Shown here: piece by piece, positions 59,246 to 64,000 of the stretch
Layout: the number at the start of each line of letters is the position of its first letter
Position numbering within the stretch: the first letter of the stretch is position 1
NCBI GenBank assembly: GCA_963705505.1
Contig: CAVPJU010000006.1
Location: forward strand, 480,001-544,000
Direction of reading: 5' to 3'
DNA length: 64,000 nucleotides
Source of the DNA: an uncultured bacterium
Lineage (GTDB): Bacteria > Desulfobacterota_D > UBA1144 > Nemesobacterales > UBA2774
Program-made: the position numbers and the translations under genes
The notes under the pieces: model-generated
What the model was told of the DNA's origin: nothing
The model's input: the letters and a program-made list of their open reading frames with translations, nothing else
Databases searched by the model: none

Positions 59246-60127
59246 TCAGATCAGTCTGTGCCAGCCCCTGATGCCCCTGGCGAAGAAGACCTGAAATGTG
59301 GGGCTGGTTTTTAAATATTCGTATATCGCAAGCGCTTCGAGCTCGTCCCTGAACGCTGCGAAGACAGCCGAGCCGCTGCCCGTCATGAGGACGTTCCCGG
59401 GGCCTAGGGATGCAAGTATCTGCTTGAACGCCTTAATCTCCGGATGAAGCTCGCATGCGGGCCCTTCGAGGTCATTAAAGAGCCGGAAATCGCCGGTTTC
59501 TTCCTTGATTTGTCCGATCGCTTCATTTGTATCGCCCCCCGGCTTATTCCCGCCCTTTTTTTTGTTTAATTCGTCCCATTTTCTGTAAACCTCCGCGGTC
59601 GACACATGGAGGTTAGGACAAAGGATGACGTAGTAGAGCAAAGGGAAGTCCTTGACTATGGTGATCCGTTCCCCTATCCCCTCAGCGACCGAAGCGACCG
59701 AGCGCAGGAAGAAGGCCACATCCGCTCCGAGCCTTGGGGCTATACCGAAGAGTTTTTCTTCGGGCAGCGCGTTTGTGATCCTGTTTAGTCCCATAAGCAC
59801 CGCCGCCGCGTTGCTGCTGCCGCCGCCGAGACCCGAGCCCAGGGGAATTTTTTTCCTTATCGTGATTGTCACGCCTGAATCGAGACGGCTTTCATTGAGG
59901 AACATATCGGCCGCCTTCCAGGCGAGGTTTTCCTTTCCGGCGGGGGTATCGATCCCGCTCGAGCTGACGTCTATTCCGCTTCCCTCAAGCGTTTCTATCC
60001 TTACCTCGTCGAATAGGTCCACGGGCTGGATCAGGGACCTGATTTCGTGGTACCCGTCGGGCCTAATCCCGAGGACCTCGAGAGTTAAATTGACCTTTGC
60101 GGGAGAGAGGAGTGTTATCGAGCTCAT
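59246..60127 (-). CDS. ispE: 4-diphosphocytidyl-2-C-methyl-D-erythritol kinase
   Basis: PAKVNL.L, DGYHE, KKIPLGSGLGGGSSNAA, LGADV, NDLE, MTGSGS. Confidence 0.97.
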   Translation of the reverse strand: MSSITLLSPAKVNLTLEVLGIRPDGYHEIRSLIQPVDLFDEVRIETLEGSGIDVSSSGIDTPAGKENLAWKAADMFLNESRLDSGVTITIRKKIPLGSGLGGGSSNAAAVLMGLNRITNALPEEKLFGIAPRLGADVAFFLRSVASVAEGIGERITIVKDFPLLYYVILCPNLHVSTAEVYRKWDELNKKKGGNKPGGDTNEAIGQIKEETGDFRLFNDLEGPACELHPEIKAFKQILASLGPGNVLMTGSGSAVFAAFRDELEALAIYEYLKTSPTFQVFFARGIRGWHRLI

Positions 60128-60386
60128 AGCGGATCGACCGTGCTACAATGTAATGGAAATCCGTAATTTTTCAATAAAAACTTGCTCCTCCCTTTTACTG
60201 CCCCCATCTTGCAGACAAACCCGGAATTTACATTCATTTTCTATGGATGATTTTTATTTGTTTTTTCATGCGATATAGAGAATAAAGACGATGTCCGGCG
60301 GAACGAAACTATTTAATGTTGACGGCATGTTATGAAGACTCCGAACAATTTTTTTATCGGTTGGTCAATATGGGGAAAATAATCTC

Positions 60387-60509
60387 TTGACATTTAAAGT
60401 ATCGTACTTTATTTTTATATATAAAGTTAAACGGAATACTTAAAAATCATCCTCCATCCTCCTTTAAGAGAACGGGAGTACTTCTTGACTGAGAAGTACT
60501 CCCGTTTTT
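60387..60509 (+). ncRNA. Candidate ~85-90-nt small RNA with its own promoter and terminator
   Basis: TTGACA-N17-TATTTT (60387-60415), non-coding body with CATCCTCCATCCTCCTTT, 15-bp perfect stem (60471-60506) followed by a T-run. Confidence 0.55.
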
Positions 60510-60635
60510 GCTTTATAAGCCATTTGAACAGTGCGAGACAAGCCCGCATTTGTAAGCCTATGGCATAATCGAGTAAGGTTAATATGACTTACTTCCGGGC
60601 TATACTTTCTTCTTTTGCTCATGGAGTAAAATCCG

Positions 60636-61358
60636 ATGAATCCGAAACGATTATTAGTCCGCGCAGCTCTGCTGGCTTTCATATTGCTTACCGTGAGCTG
60701 TGTGTACCTGAGGCTGTACAAGGTTCAAAACCAGCTTGGCGATTTCGAGAACAACTTCGAGCTCACCGACAAAGGTGGGCTGGGTCTTATATTTTTGAAC
60801 CCGGTCCTCGAGTCGGGCGACATGGTATGGCTAATGAAAAACGCTCCCTTGACGAAAGAGAAGAACGGCGATGGAGAGGAATGGACTTATGTATTCGAGA
60901 AGCAGTACCTGTCTGACAACGACGAGGGACACGAATACGATATACCGATTTTGATGGTTATGCAGAACGATATGCTTAAGGAAATAATCTTTCCCGAGCG
61001 GTTTTTGAAAGATGTCTCAATACCGCTTATAAAAAAGATGTTCTCGTCAATGGGGGAAGCAAATGTGGACAAATTATCTAAAAGCGCGAATTCGACATTC
61101 AGGGGGAGCAGTCCGGACGAGATACCCAAGATGGAGAATATCGTCGATACACTCGGAAAGCCCTATTCCGTCGAGGAATCGGGGGAGACATCTAAATTCA
61201 CGTATCTATATTATTTGAAAAATAATGCATCGGATCCGGCTCCTGATGTCTTTGAGTTCGAGGCGGAGTTCATATTCAATAAAGAAAACAAATCGCTCGA
61301 GAAGGCGAAGCATACTATTCGCGGTATGACCATGTCGTTCGATTTCACATCGAATTAG
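60636..61358 (+). CDS. Hypothetical exported/lipoprotein
   Basis: GGAG SD, basic + hydrophobic N-terminus with TVSC, 240 aa. Confidence 0.75.
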   Translation: MNPKRLLVRAALLAFILLTVSCVYLRLYKVQNQLGDFENNFELTDKGGLGLIFLNPVLESGDMVWLMKNAPLTKEKNGDGEEWTYVFEKQYLSDNDEGHEYDIPILMVMQNDMLKEIIFPERFLKDVSIPLIKKMFSSMGEANVDKLSKSANSTFRGSSPDEIPKMENIVDTLGKPYSVEESGETSKFTYLYYLKNNASDPAPDVFEFEAEFIFNKENKSLEKAKHTIRGMTMSFDFTSN

Positions 61359-61398
61359 CCCTGTCTGGTAATTCTGACCCGATTATGTGTGTGACGGG

Positions 61399-62898
61399 TC
61401 AATCCTTGATCCTCAGTCCCGCGGGAACAAACAGCCGCTCGGACAAACCGAAAAGCCACTGCACCAGGAGCGCAAGCAGGGCCGCGGGTATAGCGCCTTC
61501 CAGAATGAGACCTACGTTGTTGAGCCTTATACCCGTTAAAATAGGCTGACCGTATCCGCCGGCCCCGATGAGCGCGCCGAGCGTTGCTGTCCCGACGTTG
61601 ATAACGGCGGAGGTCTTTATGCCGGAGAGTATGGACCTCGAGGCAAGCGGTATCTCTATGAGACGGAGCCGGGCAAAAGGGCCGAGTCCGAGCGCTTCTC
61701 CCGATTCCCTTATGTTGGGGGATATCTCCTCCAGCCCCGAATATGTGTTTCTTACTATGGGCAGCAGGCTATATAGAAAGAGCGCAACAATGGCCGGCAC
61801 CGTTCCGATGCCGAAAAACGGGATCATGAACACTAGCAGGGCGAGAGAGGGTATGGTCTGTATTACCCCGGCTGCGCTCAGTATAACATGACCGGTTTTT
61901 TGGTTCCTGAAAGCGGCTACTCCGAGAGGGATTGAAATTATGATCGCGGCTGAGAGCGATACCGCTACAAGAAAGAGATGCTGAAGGGTGTTGCGATAAA
62001 GCCTCGACAGGAACGTGTCTCTTTCGGGTTTTAAATCTATGGAAAGGTTTTTTTTGAGGAATTCGGATGCAGCGAGGCCCGCGCTCTCACCGTCTATCTG
62101 AACCGATTCATTCATCTCCCTCATGTCCTGCTCGGAGAGCTTTCCCTCAAGCTTTAAAACGGCATCGACTGCCTTTGGATTCTCCGATTCAAGCTCTTTC
62201 CGGTAAAGGAGGACAGCCTGATATTCGGGGAAATATTTAAGGTCGTCTTTCAGTACCCTGAGGTCGTAATATTCGATTTCGGCGTCGGTCGAATATAGAT
62301 CCGTAACATCGATGCTCCCCTCCTCAAGCGCACGGTATACCACGTCGTGATCGAGACCCGTTACGTTTTGCTGGGGAAGTCCGTATGTCTTTTGAAGCCC
62401 CGGCCATCCGTCTCCACGGTCCATAAACTCGTTGCTAAAACCGAGTCTGAGACCGGGATGCCTCCTCAAATCCGATATAGTCCCAATTCCGAGCCTGTCC
62501 GCCAAATCCTTTTTCATGCCGAGCGCGTATGTGTTGTTGAATCCGAGGGGGGCGCTCATCCCGATGCCGTATTCCGCGAGCTCCTTCCTGAGCTCTTCCG
62601 TAGTAGAGATATTCTTACCCGACATTATCTCCTCGATAATCGTTCCCGTGTACTCGGGATATATATCGATATCGTCATTAATGAGCGCATCCCACAGTAT
62701 CCTCGTGCCGCCGAGCTCTTTTTTATACTCGACGCTTTCGCCGCTGCTCTCCGCGAGCAGGCCGACGATTTCGCCCAGAATGACGGACTCGGTGAATTTC
62801 TTGGAACCTACTCTGAGAGTGCTCCCGTGTGAGGAATGGCCGTTACAGCCGAGGAATGACAGCGCTATTAGAATGAGACACAGTCTCCTCACTTTCAT
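61399..62898 (-). CDS. Osmoprotectant (QAC-family) ABC transporter, fused substrate-binding protein + permease
   Basis: VGSKKFTESVILGE, DIYPEYTGT, GFNNTYAL, YSTD, then QTIPSLALL, LLPIVRNT, IGAGGYG. Confidence 0.92.
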   Translation of the reverse strand: MKVRRLCLILIALSFLGCNGHSSHGSTLRVGSKKFTESVILGEIVGLLAESSGESVEYKKELGGTRILWDALINDDIDIYPEYTGTIIEEIMSGKNISTTEELRKELAEYGIGMSAPLGFNNTYALGMKKDLADRLGIGTISDLRRHPGLRLGFSNEFMDRGDGWPGLQKTYGLPQQNVTGLDHDVVYRALEEGSIDVTDLYSTDAEIEYYDLRVLKDDLKYFPEYQAVLLYRKELESENPKAVDAVLKLEGKLSEQDMREMNESVQIDGESAGLAASEFLKKNLSIDLKPERDTFLSRLYRNTLQHLFLVAVSLSAAIIISIPLGVAAFRNQKTGHVILSAAGVIQTIPSLALLVFMIPFFGIGTVPAIVALFLYSLLPIVRNTYSGLEEISPNIRESGEALGLGPFARLRLIEIPLASRSILSGIKTSAVINVGTATLGALIGAGGYGQPILTGIRLNNVGLILEGAIPAALLALLVQWLFGLSERLFVPAGLRIKD

Positions 62899-63647
62899 TC
62901 CGCCTCCGCTTCTCTCGGTTCTAACGGACTCCGCTGGGCGTTGATAAACCGTGTGACGAATGGGTCTGCCGGTCTTTTAACGAGGTCGTCGATGTTACCC
63001 CTCTGAACGATTTTTCCCTCTCTCAGAAAAACGATCGTGTCTCCGAAGTACCCGGCTTCGCCGATATCGTGGGTTACCATAACGACGGTTTTACCGAGGG
63101 ACCGGAATATATCTTTGAGGTCATCCTGGAGATCTCTCCGGATCAAGGGATCGAGCGAGCCTAACGGTTCGTCGAGCAGAAGTATGTCCGGGTCGAGCAT
63201 CAATGCCCTCATCAAGCCGACACGCTGCCTCTGCCCCCCTGAAATCTGACGCGGGTAACGGTGAAGCGCGTCTTCGGGGAAATTCGTTAATTTGCAGAGG
63301 CCGCTTATACGCTCTCCGATTTTTTCTGCTCCCCAGCCGAGATACCGGGCCATGAGGGACACATTTCTCTCGGCTGTCAGGTGCGGGAACAAGCCCCCTT
63401 CCTGTATGACGTATCCCATCTTCCTTCTGAGCGATATTAAATTCGCCGAGGACAGGGTTTCGCCGTCTATGATGATTTCTCCGCTGTCGGGCGCGATTAA
63501 GCCGATGATTATCCTGAGGAGTGTGGATTTCCCGCTCCCGCTCTGCCCGATCAGGACGGTTGTTTTACCCGTGTCCATAGTCAGGTCGATAGAGCCGAGT
63601 GCGGTTTTTCCTCCGTAGGATTTGGATATGCTTTTAAGTCCTATCAT
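62895..63647 (-). CDS. Osmoprotectant ABC transporter ATP-binding subunit
   Basis: GQSGSGKST, GYVIQEGGLFPHLT, SGGQRQRV, LLDEP, VTHD. Confidence 0.94.
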   Translation of the reverse strand: MIGLKSISKSYGGKTALGSIDLTMDTGKTTVLIGQSGSGKSTLLRIIIGLIAPDSGEIIIDGETLSSANLISLRRKMGYVIQEGGLFPHLTAERNVSLMARYLGWGAEKIGERISGLCKLTNFPEDALHRYPRQISGGQRQRVGLMRALMLDPDILLLDEPLGSLDPLIRRDLQDDLKDIFRSLGKTVVMVTHDIGEAGYFGDTIVFLREGKIVQRGNIDDLVKRPADPFVTRFINAQRSPLEPREAEAE

Positions 63648-63810
63648 GGAATCCCCTTTTGCAATTTTAAACCATGTTTAGTTATATAAACATAGTCAAA
63701 CGGGGTATTTGTTAGGACTTCTCGAATTCAGACGGTCCGGGAAATCTGTTTCAGGCTGCTTCTTTCTATCGAGGAGTTCATATACTCCGGAGGTTCCTGT
63801 CCGCCTGGCG

Positions 63811-64000
63811 TTACCAGCCCTCGGTGCCGGGCTCGCCCTTGAACGGACCCACGATGTCCTTGGTAATCCACCCGCCGTAGAACCTTCCGGACTGAGCCTT
63901 TACGAGCTCCCCGTCGACGAAGCAGGCGTCCATCATCTGTGGGTAAAAGGCTACATAATCCTTAATGGATTCGTATCCGGGCACAGGGTCGGGGTAGTAC
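63811..64000 (-). CDS. 3' end of a DUF427-family protein (partial)
   Basis: Manual translation YYPDPVPGYESIKDYVAFYPQMMDACFVDGELVKAQSGRFYGGWITKDIVGPFKGEPGTEGW*. Confidence 0.8.
   Translation of the reverse strand, partial: YYPDPVPGYESIKDYVAFYPQMMDACFVDGELVKAQSGRFYGGWITKDIVGPFKGEPGTEGW

Noticed and set aside
60464..60721. 85-aa minus-strand ORF or type I toxin opposite the sRNA candidate
   Set aside because: Overlaps the next gene, runs through a hairpin and has no hydrophobic toxin-like helix; the ORFs after the minus-strand SD are only 5-7 codons
63728..63781. 17-codon minus-strand ORF with GGAG (MNSSIERSSLKQISRTV)
   Set aside because: Too short and featureless to support without conservation data
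1..64000. Many overlapping or antisense ORFs in the track (e.g. 284-988, 3624-4091, 20708-21466, 24594-25223, 41393-42082, 59652-60278)
   Set aside because: They lie opposite or within well-supported genes and show no recognisable motifs; treated as shadow ORFs

Overview
Bacterial chromosome segment of moderate GC. The gene content and an IPTL-CTERM sorting signal suggest a Desulfobacterota-like lineage such as Ca. Dadabacteria (inference only). A housekeeping backbone (two CNNM/CorC genes, ybeY, hisB-hisH, TPR-lytic transglycosylase, queF, leuA, Nif3-like, comEC, yacL-ispD-ispF, ispE, grxD-bolA, arfB, tRNA-Gln/Ala/Glu) alternates with accessory blocks. (1) About 7.3-14.3 kb: Pal-like and LysM genes, each with a sigma54 -24/-12 promoter and paired TGT-N10-ACA upstream sites, next to an NtrC-type two-component system; a ~190-bp diverged duplication brackets a truncated glycoside-hydrolase-like gene. 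(2) About 19-24 kb: an accessory block after tRNA-Ala. (3) About 36-52 kb: a GT-C glycosyltransferase cluster interrupted by a ~1,600-aa pentapeptide/G8/CEMIP-like secreted protein. (4) About 52.7-55.9 kb: two integrase-free gene cassettes delimited by copies of the tRNA-Glu 3' end. An intergenic unit at ~60.4 kb (promoter, tandem anti-Shine-Dalgarno motifs, terminator) looks like an unannotated small RNA. Single-base frameshifts occur only in accessory genes and may be sequencing errors. No CRISPR array, integrase or transposase is seen. All calls come from reading the sequence; no database search was run.
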